From: Eledone cirrhosa
Lineage: Eukaryota
Reading direction: 5' to 3'
Assembly (NCBI GenBank): GCA_964016885.1
Contig: OZ024747.1
Span: forward strand, 62,496,001 to 62,560,000
Length of the DNA stretch: 64,000 nt
Shown here piece by piece: positions 27,031-40,621 of this stretch. Numbering within the stretch: position 1 is the stretch's first letter; every line of letters begins with the position of its first letter. A program made the translations under genes and the position numbers. Below the pieces are notes generated by a model. It searched no databases. It was not told where the DNA came from and saw nothing but the letters and a program-made list of their open reading frames with translations.

Positions 27031-27217
27031 CAAGGGAAAAGTGGTAAGGAACCAGGTGGACCATAACGCACCAAAGTACTCAATACTTAGGGTAGTAGAG
27101 TGGGTAATAGGAGTAAGTAAGACCCCGACGGCTGAGCTCAAGCCGTTTCGACGGAGTACAGAATTAGCCGTCGAAACGGCTTGAGCTCAGCCATCGGGGT
27201 CTTACTTACTCCTATTA
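27029..27217 (-). mobile_element. Penelope-like fold-back unit with two 3' half-hammerheads
   Basis: Arms about 27105-27154 and 27168-27217. Each arm carries GAAA CGGCT-TGAGCTC-AGCCR TC GGGG. GAGTAC motif at 27076-27081. Second copy at 41785-41997. Confidence 0.75.
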
Positions 27218-27468
27218 ATATATATATATATATATAATATATATATATATAATATATAATATATATAATATATAATATATATAATATATATAATATATAA
27301 TATATATATATATAATATATATATATATAATACATAATATATATATAATATATATATATATATAATATATATATATATAATATATATATATATAATATAT
27401 ATATATATAATATATATATATATAATAATATATATATATAATAATATATATATATAATATATATATAT

Positions 27469-27535
<67 letters not shown>

Positions 27536-28660
27536 ATAAATGTGTGTGTGTGTGTACACACACGCACGCACATATAAACACACATACACATATACAATAT
27601 TTATCTCAGTACTATGTAAATTGGCGAAATTCAACGATAATTACAGGTGTAATAAATTTACTTTAAACTATTCAGAATTATAATATGAATGTTACTTGAA
27701 CAGCGTTTACAATTATATTCTCTTTCCTCCTTTGAACTTTACCGTATTATGCCTTAGATTGTTCGAACCACCTTTAATGTTACTTAAGTAATGAAGCTGC
27801 ATTTAGAAGGTAGCATCTATTGAAATTGATCACCTATTTATAGGATCACAAGAACTCAAATGGTTCTTCTGTAAATACTTGCCACTGACAATTACAACAG
27901 GAACACATTTCTACACTTAGAAATCTTCACTTTAAACAGAAACAATAATTTTAATTATATTGGAAACTACTGGGTGTATGATCAGAGCTAGGCCACGTAC
28001 TCTAGTGGAAAGGTTGATAGCTCGGAGACCATCAATGATATGGTATTATGTAGCTATTGTTATACAAAATAATTGTGTTGGACTTTAGTTGTTTCCGACG
28101 ATGAGTGCTCCAGTTGTTCAAACAACATATACTGTCTTCCTCTACTGCGTCTCGCTGACAAAATGGGAGGAAGGTATTTACGCGAGAAAACAACCAGCGA
28201 CACCAGCTCTGTCGGCCAGTTTACCTCAAGGGGCCCGCTCCTCAGGTAGAATGCATTCCTCCCCATTTCGCGAAGGAAAACTGCAGTTCAGTCACCAAAG
28301 ACCACAAAGATCTTGGCAGTGACCTGAACGAACACAAAGCGATCGGTCAAGTCCCGAGAAGTTTGTATAATTTTGCGCGTGGTACCATATGAAACACTAT
28401 ACAGCAAGATTAGTTTCTAACAGGCACAGGACACCAACATTAGGGGATGAGTATTATCTATTAAATCAGTTCAACCACTACACATGTTTTAGACAGCGTC
28501 ACAATGAAAATCAATGCTAACAACTAAATACCACAAAACATTTTTATTGATAAATTGATTGATTCTTCCATTCAATAAAATTACCAAACATTCTTATATC
28601 ATAACACGTTCTATATATATATATATCAATCGGTATATATATATTTATATGTGTGTGTGT

Positions 28661-28814
28661 GTAATAAACAACATAAGATCATTATTTCATTTACCAAAGG
28701 CTTAGTGAAACCTTTGGTAAATAAAATAATTACCTTATGTTGTTTATTACATAACTAAAAAGCTCTATAGCCTACATAGAGCACTCTCTTCTCTTTTGCC
28801 TTTCCTACGGAAAC

Positions 28815-28817
<3 letters not shown>
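28661..28817 (+). mobile_element. Penelope-like fold-back unit
   Basis: Arms 28661-28700 / 28711-28750 centred on GAAA CC-TTT-GG TA; GAGCAC at 28779. Same family as 9285-9650. Confidence 0.7.
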
Positions 28818-28880
<63 letters not shown>

Positions 28881-28883
28881 AAT

Positions 28884-29083
28884 ATTAGAAATTGAACAAC
28901 ATAATATATAACTACTACATTACCAAAGGTTTCAGGAACCCTAGACAGTATTAACATACGTGTAGTAAACCTTTGGTAATGGAGAAGTTATATACTGTGT
29001 TGTTCAATTTCTAATTAAATAGCTCTGTTTTATACATAGAGCACTCTTTTTTTTCCTTTGCTTTTTCTTCGGAAATACTTAAC
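28884..29083 (+). mobile_element. Penelope-like fold-back unit
   Basis: Arms 28884-28932 / 28967-29015 include (G)AAACCTTTGGTA. The tail is homologous to the reverse complement of 9525-9640. Confidence 0.7.
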
Positions 29084-29086
29084 ATA

Positions 29087-29298
29087 TAAGTATAAAGAAA
29101 GTGCTGAAGCGCAGAAATGCTATAAAGATAGCTTATAAAATACGGTGAAGACCTTAAAAAGATGGCAAAAGGTGCCATTGGGTGCTATTCCTCATAGCAG
29201 CCGATGGCAACTTCTTTTTCCGTCTTTTAAAGGCCTTCACTCTATTTTATAAGCTATCTTTATAACCATTCTGCGCTTGAGCACTTTCTTTATACTTA
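29087..29298. mobile_element. MITE-like imperfect palindrome, about 212 bp
   Basis: The whole element is an inverted repeat around a loop near 29190 and is flanked by TA. Confidence 0.75.
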
Positions 29299-30135
29299 TA
29301 TATACAAACATATATTCTCAGAGCTTTAAAAGCCGAAAATATATTAATATGTTTAAAACATATATCATCCGATTCAAGACCCAATGTAGCAATGTCGTTA
29401 TGTCGACGTAGTATATTCAGAAAGTTAGAGGATGATAACTGAGAAAGTAATTTAGCAGACTTTATAAGGGGTAAGATTTGTGGATGTATTGAAAATAGCG
29501 TAGAGTTAGGAATACATAAAGCATATTATACAGTTGCATGGATGGAGTTATAAGAAGAAAAAAGAAGAGATAAACAACTAAAAATAAATGAGATACGATA
29601 ATAGTATTATATACTGTTGGTAATTGGTCAAAGAATTCCTCGGTAATAATTCAGTTGAAAGAGATTTGCAGATGATGCCATTAACAAAGACATTCTTTGT
29701 TTCCATGAAAGTTGATATGTGGATGTTATGAGGTTCAATAAATATATCCTATTGGTGATTGTATACGATGTATCACACAGTGTCTTTACGTTCTGGGTTC
29801 AAAACCCACTGAGACCAATTGTGTGTGTCATCCTTACAGGATCGATAAAATAAAGTAGTAATCAAGTACTGGGTTCGATTTAATTAATTAACTTTCCTCT
29901 TCTCATTAAATTACTAGCCTTGTGACTGAATCTGAGATCTTTAATATGTTATATGAGTATTATACCACATGTAATATGTCATAAGTGTTAAAAACCTATC
30001 TGAAAAGGATATGTTTCAGAAAATGTTTTATGAAGTGGATATTTCCTCGATATTGTACATAAAGACTGAATGTTTAGTGGCGCTCTTAATGACATATGGA
30101 AGATATTATTTAATTATTATAGTCAGCCAAGCATA

Positions 30136-30808
30136 AGGGCGGTACAGAATTGTTAGAGCACCGCACAACAAGCTGTGCAGCTTATAGTTACAGCCATTTA
30201 TATTTTTAGTTCAAATACCGCCGCGGCTAGCTTTGCCTTTCTTTCGTACAGAGTAGATAAAATCAAGTACCAGTAACGCACTGGGGTCGATTTAATCAAC
30301 TTTTTCCCCACCCTTCAAATTGCTGACATTGTGCCTAAAGTAGAAACCATTATTATAGTCAGCCATAAGGGCGGTTTATTGGCAGAATCTGTAGAGATCC
30401 GGACAAGATTTGCGGCATATAGTTACGACCCTTTATATTTTGAGTTCAAATACTGCCACAGCTAGCTTTGCCTTTCATCTGAACAGGGTAGATAAAATTA
30501 AGTACCAGTAATGTACTAGGGGCGGTTTAATCGATTTTCATCTTCCCTTCAAATTGCTGGCCTTGTACCAAAAGTTGAAACAATTATTATAGCCAGGTAT
30601 AAGGGCGGTAAATTGACAGAATCGTTAGAGCGTCGGACAACAAGCTTCGTAGTGTTTAGTTTTGAGTTCAATTCCTTTGAGGTCAAATTTGCCCCTCATT
30701 CATTCGAAGTCGAGAAAAATAAAACCCCACTTAGGTACTGGGGTCACTATAATCGATTTTCCCCTCACCCCAATTGGGTGTGTCGGCCTTGTGTCGAAAT
30801 TAGAAACG
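30136..30808 (+). mobile_element. Three head-to-tail SINE family 1 copies
   Basis: Units start near 30136, 30369 and 30603, each preceded by an ATTATAG..CAG..ATAAGGGCGG linker. Confidence 0.85.
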
Positions 30809-30923
30809 TCTATTATCGCCAGACATTCGTTTTAGAGATATTAGTAATAAATATTGTCAAGAAAGAAATATGTATTTTTGCTCGTCTGTTTCAGGATGTT
30901 GAATTATTAACAGATATGGCATA

Positions 30924-30954
<31 letters not shown>

Positions 30955-30959
30955 TACGC

Positions 30960-30996
<37 letters not shown>

Positions 30997-31424
30997 GACG
31001 TAGCAAAGAAACAAAATATGAAGCAAAATCTAACAGAGTGATATTTCAAAATGAACGTGATGATATATTTCCTTAAAATAAACCGACTGACACAACATTA
31101 TCACCTGTCAAATCTGTTATCATTCAAATTTAATAGAATACGATGTGAACAGTGATATATTTCGTTCTTTGCACCCATAATGTCAGGAGTGGGGAAACAT
31201 TTTTTAATACAGTATCAGGTGATCTAGCGTAACACCTTTCATTAGATATGCTATATTTGGAAAATACATAATCACGACCATAATAAATGATCAGATAAAC
31301 AGAACAGCGATAATTAATTAAGCAATCATGGAGCGCACTTGATTAAGGTCTGATCACCGAAATATTAGAATGAAGTTATTATATATTATCAACTGTTCTA
31401 AAGTCTGTGTCAAGCCAGAAGGCT

Positions 31425-31642
31425 TGTTAGCCCGATGCTTATCCCGGTTTTGTGGCGTGAAGTGACTGAGAGTACAAGATTCCCCCCGTGGACAGGATGC
31501 CAGTCCATCGCAGGGTTAAATTCCCAGCTATTGTTGGAATTTATTTTCAGCTGAGTAGACTGGAGCAACGTGAAACGAAGTGTTTTCCTCAAGATCACAA
31601 CACGCAACACAGCCAACAACCTTATCCCTAGGCCACGTGCTT
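31425..31642 (-). mobile_element. SINE family 2 variant
   Basis: CAGCTGAGTAGACTGGAGCAACGTGAAA..AAGTG..CTCAAG core. Confidence 0.75.
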
Positions 31643-31654
31643 CCAACAGTAGAT

Positions 31655-31980
31655 ATACCGAAATATTAGAATGAAGTCATCATATCACCAACAGTGGCTA
31701 TATCGAAATATTGAGATGAAGATATCATATATTACCAACAGTGGCTATATCGAAATATTGAGATGAAGATATCATATATTCCCAACAGTTATACCGAGAT
31801 ATTGAGATGAAGATATCATATATTACCAACAGTGGCTATATCGAAATATTGAGATGAAGATATCATATATTACCAACAGTTATACCGAGATATTGAGATG
31901 AAGATATCATATATACTAACAGTTGTTATACCGAGATATTGAGATGAAGATATCATATATTACCAACAGTGACTATATCG
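31655..31980. repeat. About 44-47-bp minisatellite, about 7 copies
   Basis: Unit approximately ATATCGAAATATTGAGATGAAGATATCATATATTACCAACAGTGGCT. A related single unit lies at 31357-31393. Confidence 0.92.
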
Positions 31981-32079
31981 TTAGTTACGTCCAATGAATG
32001 CTATTGAAAAAAGTATGAACTTCGCAACGTTCATCTCTAAAGACATCATATGTTAATAGCTACCATTTTGAAAGGTGTG

Positions 32080-32360
32080 AAGGCACAAGGCTAAGTAGTG
32101 AAAGTATTCGGTTTACAACGGTCAGGTGATGATTCCCGGTGGTGCTTGGTGTCATTTAGCAAGACAAGTTATTTTATTTTGCTTTCTAATACACTCATCT
32201 TTAAAAAACCCCATTAATTGTACCTACATTTCAAAGATCAAAGGGCCAGACTTATAACAATGTCACGCCTAATATCCCTGAGAAGTAATTTAAAGGCACA
32301 CGTTCCTGCAAAATGCACTGATCAAACAACTGGAATACTCATCGTCAGAACCGACGGAAG
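32080..32360 (+). mobile_element. SINE family 2 (degenerate)
   Basis: GGCACAAGGCTAAGTAGTG head, AGCAAGACA core, CTCATCGTC..AACCGACGGA tail. Confidence 0.6.
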
Positions 32361-32702
32361 TCCAATATTTACAAAGGTGTGTTTAAATCAATTTATTTCT
32401 AGAACGAATGGAAGAAATAAATATTTATATCCGATAATTTATTGACTTAGTCAACTTTATAATTAATTAAATAATTTGTTTATCATCGTCATTAATTAAT
32501 TAAGATATTAGCATGAAAAAACAATTATGTAGAATATTATGGCAGCCGGGTAAATAAAGTGTTTGAATATATATATATGTATATATATATATACTTCGTG
32601 ATGTAAACATAAAAAAAACAAAAACAAACAAACAAGAACGTCACAAACAAATCACGGTAGAAGTGTGTAAATACTTTTGACTTCTTATCCACCTACCTCC
32701 CC

Positions 32703-32741
<39 letters not shown>

Positions 32742-32767
32742 TTTAGCTTACTTCCCACACACACACA

Positions 32768-32824
<57 letters not shown>

Positions 32825-32825
<1 letters not shown>

Positions 32826-32960
32826 GAAAACAGGGAGAAAAAGACGATTATGAGGAAGAAAAATATATTTTCTTCCTTTTTTTTGTGTCTCTCTCTCAAA
32901 AAAAAAAAGGAAGAAAATATATTTTTCTTCCTCATAATCGTCTTTTTCTCCCTGTTTTCA
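32825..32960. repeat. Inverted repeat with about 60-bp arms in (TA)n
   Basis: TGAAAACAGGGAGAAAAAGACGATTATGAGGAAGAAAAATATATTTTCTTCC... and its reverse complement. Confidence 0.92.
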
Positions 32961-33024
32961 CATATATATATATCCTAACTCGTGTGCATCCTCTCCACAT
33001 TTTATTATTATATATATATATATA

Positions 33025-33205
33025 AGTCTCGGGTTCAATCGGGGGCAACCACAGTTAGTAAAGTACTCAATACATAGTAGGCTATATACAATATTTAATA
33101 TAGAAATGGCTTCTACAGGACTAGAACTGTTTCATTCGAAGGAAATGATGATTTCCTTCGAATGAAACAGTTCTAATCATCTAGAAGCCATTTCTATATT
33201 AAGTC

Positions 33206-33209
<4 letters not shown>
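33025..33209 (-). mobile_element. Penelope-like fold-back unit, family of the 37-87 ribozyme
   Basis: Arms 33095-33146 / 33151-33202 centred on TGATGA; GAAACAG-TTCTAGTC-CTGTA on the minus arm; GAGTAC at 33063-33068. Confidence 0.8.
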
Positions 33210-33272
<63 letters not shown>

Positions 33273-33275
<3 letters not shown>

Positions 33276-33308
33276 CGGCCATCTTTGGCTGTGACCTCTT
33301 CAGGCAGT
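33273..33308 (-). ncRNA. Hammerhead truncated at stem III, running into (TA)n
   Basis: Minus strand: ACTGC CTGAAGA GGTCA-(10 nt)-TGGCC GAAA (TA)n. The 3' strand of stem I is absent. Same family as 19054-19109. Confidence 0.7.
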
Positions 33309-33418
33309 TTGAATTAGTATGGTATAGACAAGTACATATGTTGTTTAGGTGTATAATATTGTCAATACTCTGATATGCCCAGTTCCTTGTTGGGTTGTTA
33401 ATTCACTGAGGAAATGGA

Positions 33419-33460
<42 letters not shown>

Positions 33461-34520
33461 ATCCAGTCTATCTTCTATATAGCTGGAAATATTTTTGTTA
33501 TTGGTACAAAATATTGTAAAGAAAACGTGTATAATTTCTCTAAAACTCTCGGTTTCACTAAATTTCATGTTTGAAACTGAGTCATACCAAAAGTCGGCCA
33601 TCTCTGTAAAGCTGAGATTCTGTGTGTGAAAATGTACCATTTAATGTATTTTAAAGTGTAGTTGAGTTATTGATTCACATACAACGTTAGAAGGGATATA
33701 TTTGTATTTTTTCGTAATCCTAATAGCTTTATCACAATGTAAAATGTAGAATTGTATTAATTTATACCGCTTTGATAGTTGCGAAATATTTAGCGAAATA
33801 TATTGTATTTAATATCAGAATTTCAGGAAAAAAATGCCTTTACAAATGTTGCTAAGTTGTTTTGATCTATTGAGAGATTATTTTCTATATAATTTTCCAG
33901 AGGCTGTGTTTTATACCTTAAACTGCACCTAAATGAGATAAAATTGTAGATATATGGTGAAGGGATTAATGGATTTGACATCACGTTTTTATACATATTT
34001 AATCCTTCCTATTAAACATATTTTCCTTTGAAGAATAAACAGTTTATTTTACTGTTATATTTATGGTTACCAATATTTCTTTTATACGAGAGATGTTATA
34101 AAAGAATGGTGAAGATAAGAACGTTAACTGTTGGACTTCAAAATTTCATATTTCAATTACTTATATGAGATTAGTTTGTAGATCTTTTGCTTATCATATT
34201 TTATCTCCTTTCTTTAGAAACGATAAAGAGTTCTATTACATAAAAAAAGCAGTTTGAATCGGGCAGCCATTATTGTTAAATTTGATAATGTACCTACGTT
34301 TTGCAATTAAATATGTTTTACAGTTGCTTTCCCTCTTACCCCCCCCCCCCCCCCCCCTTCTATCACACACACTCCCTCTCTCTATAAATACACACTCATA
34401 TATACATATATGGTATACATATATATGATATATAGATATAGATATATAATATATATATATATATATTATATATATATATTATATATATATATTATATATA
34501 TATATATATATATTATATAT

Positions 34521-34686
34521 ACGTTATTCCGGGTTGAATCGGAGGTAACCACAGTAAGTAAGGTACTCAATACATAGCAGAGTATAAAAGTTTTAATATA
34601 GATGAGATTCTACAGGACTAGAACTGTTTCATTCATTAGAAATCATTCTAATGAATGAAACAGTTCTAGTCCTGTAGAATCTCATC

Positions 34687-34692
<6 letters not shown>
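34521..34692 (-). mobile_element. Penelope-like fold-back unit, family of the 37-87 ribozyme
   Basis: Perfect arms 34596-34641 / 34646-34692, each with GAAACAG-TTCTAGTC-CTGTA-GAATCT; GAGTAC at 34563-34568. Confidence 0.8.
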
Positions 34693-34728
<36 letters not shown>

Positions 34729-34738
34729 TATATATAAT

Positions 34739-34781
<43 letters not shown>

Positions 34782-35011
34782 TATATATATAATATATATA
34801 TATATAATATATATATATATAATATATATATATATATAATATATATATATATAATATATATATATATAATATATATGTATATAATATATATATATATAAT
34901 ATATATGTATATAATATATATATATATAATATATATATATATATATAATATATATATATATAATATATATATATATAATATATATATATATAATATATAT
35001 ATATATAATAT

Positions 35012-35059
<48 letters not shown>

Positions 35060-35105
35060 ATATATTATATATATATATATTATATATATATATATTATAT
35101 ATATA

Positions 35106-35259
<154 letters not shown>

Positions 35260-35286
35260 TATATATACAATATATAATATATATAG

Positions 35287-35372
<86 letters not shown>

Positions 35373-35378
35373 TATAAT

Positions 35379-35409
<31 letters not shown>

Positions 35410-38400
35410 GATAGATATATATATATGATATATTTAGTATACATACATATATATATATATATATATATCAACTGTATAATATATATGTACACAGACAAAC
35501 ACATATGATATATCTATATATATACATTTACATAAGGCTCCACATGTCTATATAAATATGTGTAAAAACATAAAGAACTATAAACATTCATTAAACTAAC
35601 ATATTAAACTGAGGTGTATCTATCTTTCTGTCGATTCACATTCAACATACACATATTTATGAACAAACACATCTTACTCTGTTTCTTATAAACTTACGTT
35701 TATTTCACATACATATATCATATATTTATTCACAGACATACATGCTCACACGCAGAAATTCACACACACACACACATATATATATAAATACATATGTGTG
35801 TGCGTGTGTATGTCTGAGTATAAATCAACGTATGTGGGGAAAATATACCAACAGGCATATAAATATATGTAAATATATTCTTTAAATATATCTTTAAAAT
35901 TTTTGAATATATTCCAAATTGGCAGATCAATGTTAAAATATGCATACACACGCAAGCACCCTCCCACGTTCACACAAGCAAATAAATATGCAAATATATA
36001 TATAAAAACATATGAAAACTAGGACAAACGTTATGATAGTTCCATATAGTGCTTGCAATTGACAGAAATATCGTAAAATTTCTAATCCAATAGAAATTAA
36101 ATTGCAGTATGTATGAAGAATTCTAGCAGTTCCTCATCTTAGATTTGTTTTGTAAATCTTTTGATTAACATATTTTATCTCCTTTCTTTAGAAACGATAA
36201 AGAGTTCTAATCTATATATAGATTTGAGCGACTTCCGTCCGCCAACAATGTGTGTGTGTGTTTATGTAAATGTATGTGTGTGTAAAAGGAAGGGGATGGT
36301 GAAAAAACTATAGCAAAACAGCGTCTGGCGTTACATTTGCTGCTCTGTGTGTGAGTGTATGTGTATGTGTGTATTTGTGTAAATGTATGTGTGCGTTTGT
36401 GTGAATGTATGTTTGTGAGTGTGTATTTTTGTAAGTATGTCTGTGTTTGTGCGTTTATATTTACATACTCATACATATAAATGTATGCATATCCACATAC
36501 AGACACGCAGACACATATTCACATACGTGTCAGCGCGTATAAAAACATTCTAGTACATAAAAATTAATCTAAAGATTGAAGTTTGTAAAAGAATGAAAGA
36601 ATACATATAAGACTACAAATCCTCGGAGAGGTGTGTAGTCAGCCATTTTAAACCCACTGCTACATGAAGGGACGTTATACTTTGTTGGCTTACCTATACT
36701 GGTGTCAACTATATCAATCCAATCTACCATATGACGTGATAGATGTGGCACTCTGGTAGTTGTCTGTTTAGTCGTGGTCATTTGATTAGCGGAATTTAAA
36801 CTTAGAAAGCAAAGAACCGGAATAATTACTTCAAGTTATCTCACTAATAATTCCACAAATCGAGCCAGAAGCTTCACGTTTATTAAAACGAACTCCTTAA
36901 CTATTCGGCCATGTGACGTCCATGTAAAAAAAACCAAAAGCAAAAAACAAAAACGAAAAACAAAAAACAACAACAACAAAAAAACAAACTCTAATTGTAT
37001 TTCAGTATACATCGTAAAATAAATAAAAAACATAATAAGATAAAACAATATTAATTATTTCTGAAGACGACTGGTTTCTTTAAGAAACAATAGTGAATGG
37101 ATTTAAAAAGACAATGTTTTTATAAAAATCAATTAATTACAATATAGCACAATTAATTAGTATGTTGTAAAGATAGTTCTTGTGCTAGACAATTGTAGAA
37201 AATGTGAAGCCATGTGTCTGGTCGTATATGGTTTACAAACTTGTGTAAATTCAATGGAACAAACTTTTAATAGTTACATTTCCATAATACTGCAGGCCTC
37301 AGTTGTTTTCTTCTCATTAAAATACACACAAATCTATTTGAGGCTTATAGTTAATTTAGTCTAGAAAGAAATGAAAATCGTGAGAGTCTCGATGATTGTC
37401 GAAGTGACAAAAACTAGTCGAAAGATATCGAAGTTTCGTGTACTATCGCTGGCAGTAAGTATTCTCTCTGAGTCAAGAGATATACCATTTCAAACTAAGT
37501 TTATATTGGTATCGAATAATTACGATATGTTTTTTTAATTATCTAAAGTAATTTGTCACAACGTAAGAAAGAATTTCCTTCGCGGAGAAATATTTGGCAG
37601 CTATCTTTCGCAAATCGAGAAGCATGCAAAGCTATGTTAAAACGATGAAATCCTCAAATGCACTGAGTTCTGACACTTGACTTGTCATGGGTAGCGTTTT
37701 CCGTCGTCAGAACTGATGCTAGTATTGTAAACATTTAAATTGGTTACAGTATTTGATTTCTTTCTTGTAGCTTCTAAAATTAAAAACTTATCAGTAGTTA
37801 CATAAAATATTAATAAATCTCTGATATAGACAATACTCTCTGCCTAACAAACTATCGGCCTTGTTCATTATGCAAAACAAATAATTGATCTTGTTCCTTG
37901 TTCGAAACAAAAAATTGGATGTGTTCCTAGAACTAAACAAACCTTCGGCCTTGTGCATAGTTTGAAACGAATCCTAAATGGTATGTTATCTAACACAGAA
38001 TATGCGTTTCTCTTTTGGTTGTGTCACTGGAAATTATTTTCTACCTAAATCCATTTCATGTTACTAAGGAATCATTGGCAAAATATTTTCTCTGAGCAAT
38101 AAATTCTATCTGAAATACTATTTATATCAATATTATGACACAGGTCAAATCTTCCCTTGTCTAAACTGTCACACATAATCTTATTTGAGACTTGGTTTGA
38201 GTTGTAATTATCGAAAGCGAGATAATAAAATAGGATTGATTTTACAGGGTATTGATAGTATGATACAGAATGAATACAACAGGGAAAATACGGAGCAGTG
38301 ACCTATCAAGGTTCTGAGAAAGCAATCAATTCGAATATAACCGAGGGACAATCATATGTCGAATATCCAGAAAAAGAAATTTTTTTAAAAATCAAGGATT

Positions 38401-38628
38401 ATTATCTGGATAAAGTTAATGTTGGTAGATTATAAAACAGTCACTAGAGCATTGATCAAATTCTTTGTAGTAATTATTCCGGCTGCTAGCATACTGAGTT
38501 CAAATCTCATCGAGGTCAATATTCTATTTCATTCTTCAGAGGTTGATAAATGAAATAGCATCTCAGATGTGGTGAAATTATTGAAATCCCATCCCCTTCT
38601 AACACCCATACACAACATTTTATTAAGG

Positions 38629-39270
38629 ACTAGCAGTGGTACCCGGCGTTGCACGGGATAAGGTATTTTGGAAGGCGGTCCGCCAACAGACCTAATCGTG
38701 GAAAAACTGCATGCCTGGACAATATGTAAAGAAAATAAACCGAATACTCTGATGGCTGCATAATCTTTAAGATTTTCCTCGATGAAGCAGGAAAAATGCA
38801 GGTTTTCACCTCATGCGAGCCCTAGGGAATCAAGAAAATGAATTTTTTTAATGTGCATAATATGCCTTGAAATTTTGGGAAAATCGGCTCGACCTAACGC
38901 CTCAAAAAAGCCCCCAAAAGCTGAAAAAATGAAGTTTTTCACCTAATGCGGGCCCTAGGCTATAAAAAGGTTGGATTTTCTTTGCTCAGGTAGGAAGAAG
39001 AGACTGACTAATACATAGTTACAATTTCAAGGAAATCGGTCTGACGTAACGCCTCAAAACCCCCCCCTAAAAGCTGAAAAAACTCAGTTTTCCACCTAGT
39101 GCGGGCCCTAGGGGATCAAAAAGTTGAACTTTTTTATGTGCATAACACTTCCTGAAACATAAGTAATACACATGTAAAGTTTGAAAAAAATAGGTTGGGT
39201 ACTTCTCGAGTTTTAGGGATTCAAACTCACAGACACACACACAGACATCCTCAGGTTTATATATATAGAT
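38629..39270 (+). mobile_element. Non-autonomous Helitron/Helentron-type (Lep1/HINE-like) element
   Basis: 5' ACTAGC..ACCCGGCGTTGCACGGG; internal tandem subrepeats (GTTTTCACCT.ATGCG.GCCCTAGG x3); CAGA/CA microsatellite and TTTATATATATAGAT at the 3' end. Confidence 0.7.
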
Positions 39271-39271
39271 G

Positions 39272-39428
39272 AATAGTGAGTCTTGTTACTCTAGAGTTTC
39301 GCCTGTTTATCACAGTTCCATCTGATGACCCTCTGTCAAACAGGCGAAACTGCAGAATAACAAGACTCACTATTTAGTTATAATAGAACTAATGTTAAAA
39401 CTTTACTTCGGTATTGAGTACTCGTTTC
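39272..39428 (+). mobile_element. Penelope-like fold-back unit with degenerate hammerhead
   Basis: Arms 39272-39308 / 39338-39374; CTGATGA 39322-39328, CCT/AGG stem II, GAAA 39346-39349. The inverted arm reads GAAA CTC-TA-GAG TA. GAGTAC at 39416-39421. Confidence 0.7.
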
Positions 39429-39639
39429 TCAGCGGAATTTGAACTCAGAACGTAAAGGCTCGTACTATATATCACGAAACATGTTGTCCGACACTCTATC
39501 GATTACTACCAAGTCTAAAGGAAGCATTTAATTGAAAACCAGCAGAATTAGACTCGGTTTTATTCCCAGAAATATTTTTATAATGAAAAATGGGAACATT
39601 GAATTTGTTGAATATTAACACAACGAGGATAATTTCAAT

Positions 39640-39822
39640 AATTGTTTCTACATTTGGAACAAGGCCAGCAATTAACCCAGTGCAATACTGGCACTTTATT
39701 TTATCGACCTCGTAAAGATGAAAGGCAAAGTTAACCTCGGTGGGATTTGAACTCAGACCGTAAATGGCCGTAACTCTATGCTGCAAATCATGGCGTCCGA
39801 CCCTCTACCGATACTACCAACC
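39640..39822 (-). mobile_element. SINE family 1
   Basis: Near-consensus reverse-complement copy. Confidence 0.88.
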
Positions 39823-39982
39823 CACAAATGAAATTCAAACTCCATTTGCTTCTGTTCACGACAAATGATCTGACATAGTGAGGCAGCATGGCTGTGTGGT
39901 TAAGGAGTTCCCTTCTGCAACCACGTTTTTTCAGGTTCTGTCTCACTGCGTTGCCCTTTGGGCAAGCATATTCTACCATGGA

Positions 39983-40049
<67 letters not shown>

Positions 40050-40621
40050 GAGTGAAAGAGAGAGAGAGAGATACAGGTGCATAAAATGATTGTATAATTC
40101 TTACAATGAACTTTTCACCGATAAACGTCAGCTGAAAATTCGTCAGTGTCCTTTGCAAAGGTTGATTTATGAATCTTGAATTTTGGATACGTATTGTCAA
40201 GCGAATGGAATGTTCTAATATCAAAACCTTCGCCATTCACAGGAAGACAGATTTAAGGAAACATTAAAGATAGATGCATACATAAATTCCCCTCTCACAT
40301 AGACACACACACACATACACATACATAAATGCTCCACACATATACACACACACAAACACGCACACACATAAATTCCTCTCTCACATAAACACACACACAC
40401 ACACATAAATTTCCCTCTCACATGGACACATAGACATACAGACAAATTCCCTACACATACACAAACATACAGACACACAAATTCCACTCTCACATACACA
40501 CATACACACAAATTTCTTTCTCACATAGACACACACATACATAAATTCCCCCCTCTCTCTCTCTCTCACACACACACACATATATATATATGAAGAATGT
40601 CACCGTTTCTTTGTGTAGAGG

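Noticed and set aside
28085-28325. GC-richer segment with CSSC..FLYC, possibly an L1 zinc-finger remnant
   Set aside because: The motif is split across frames and too degenerate to support.
37061-37100. CTGAAGA...GAAAC..GTG
   Set aside because: No stem II pairing, and GUG is not a cleavable NUH triplet.
40105-40151. Minus-strand CTGACGA...GAAA
   Set aside because: Stems I-III cannot be formed convincingly.
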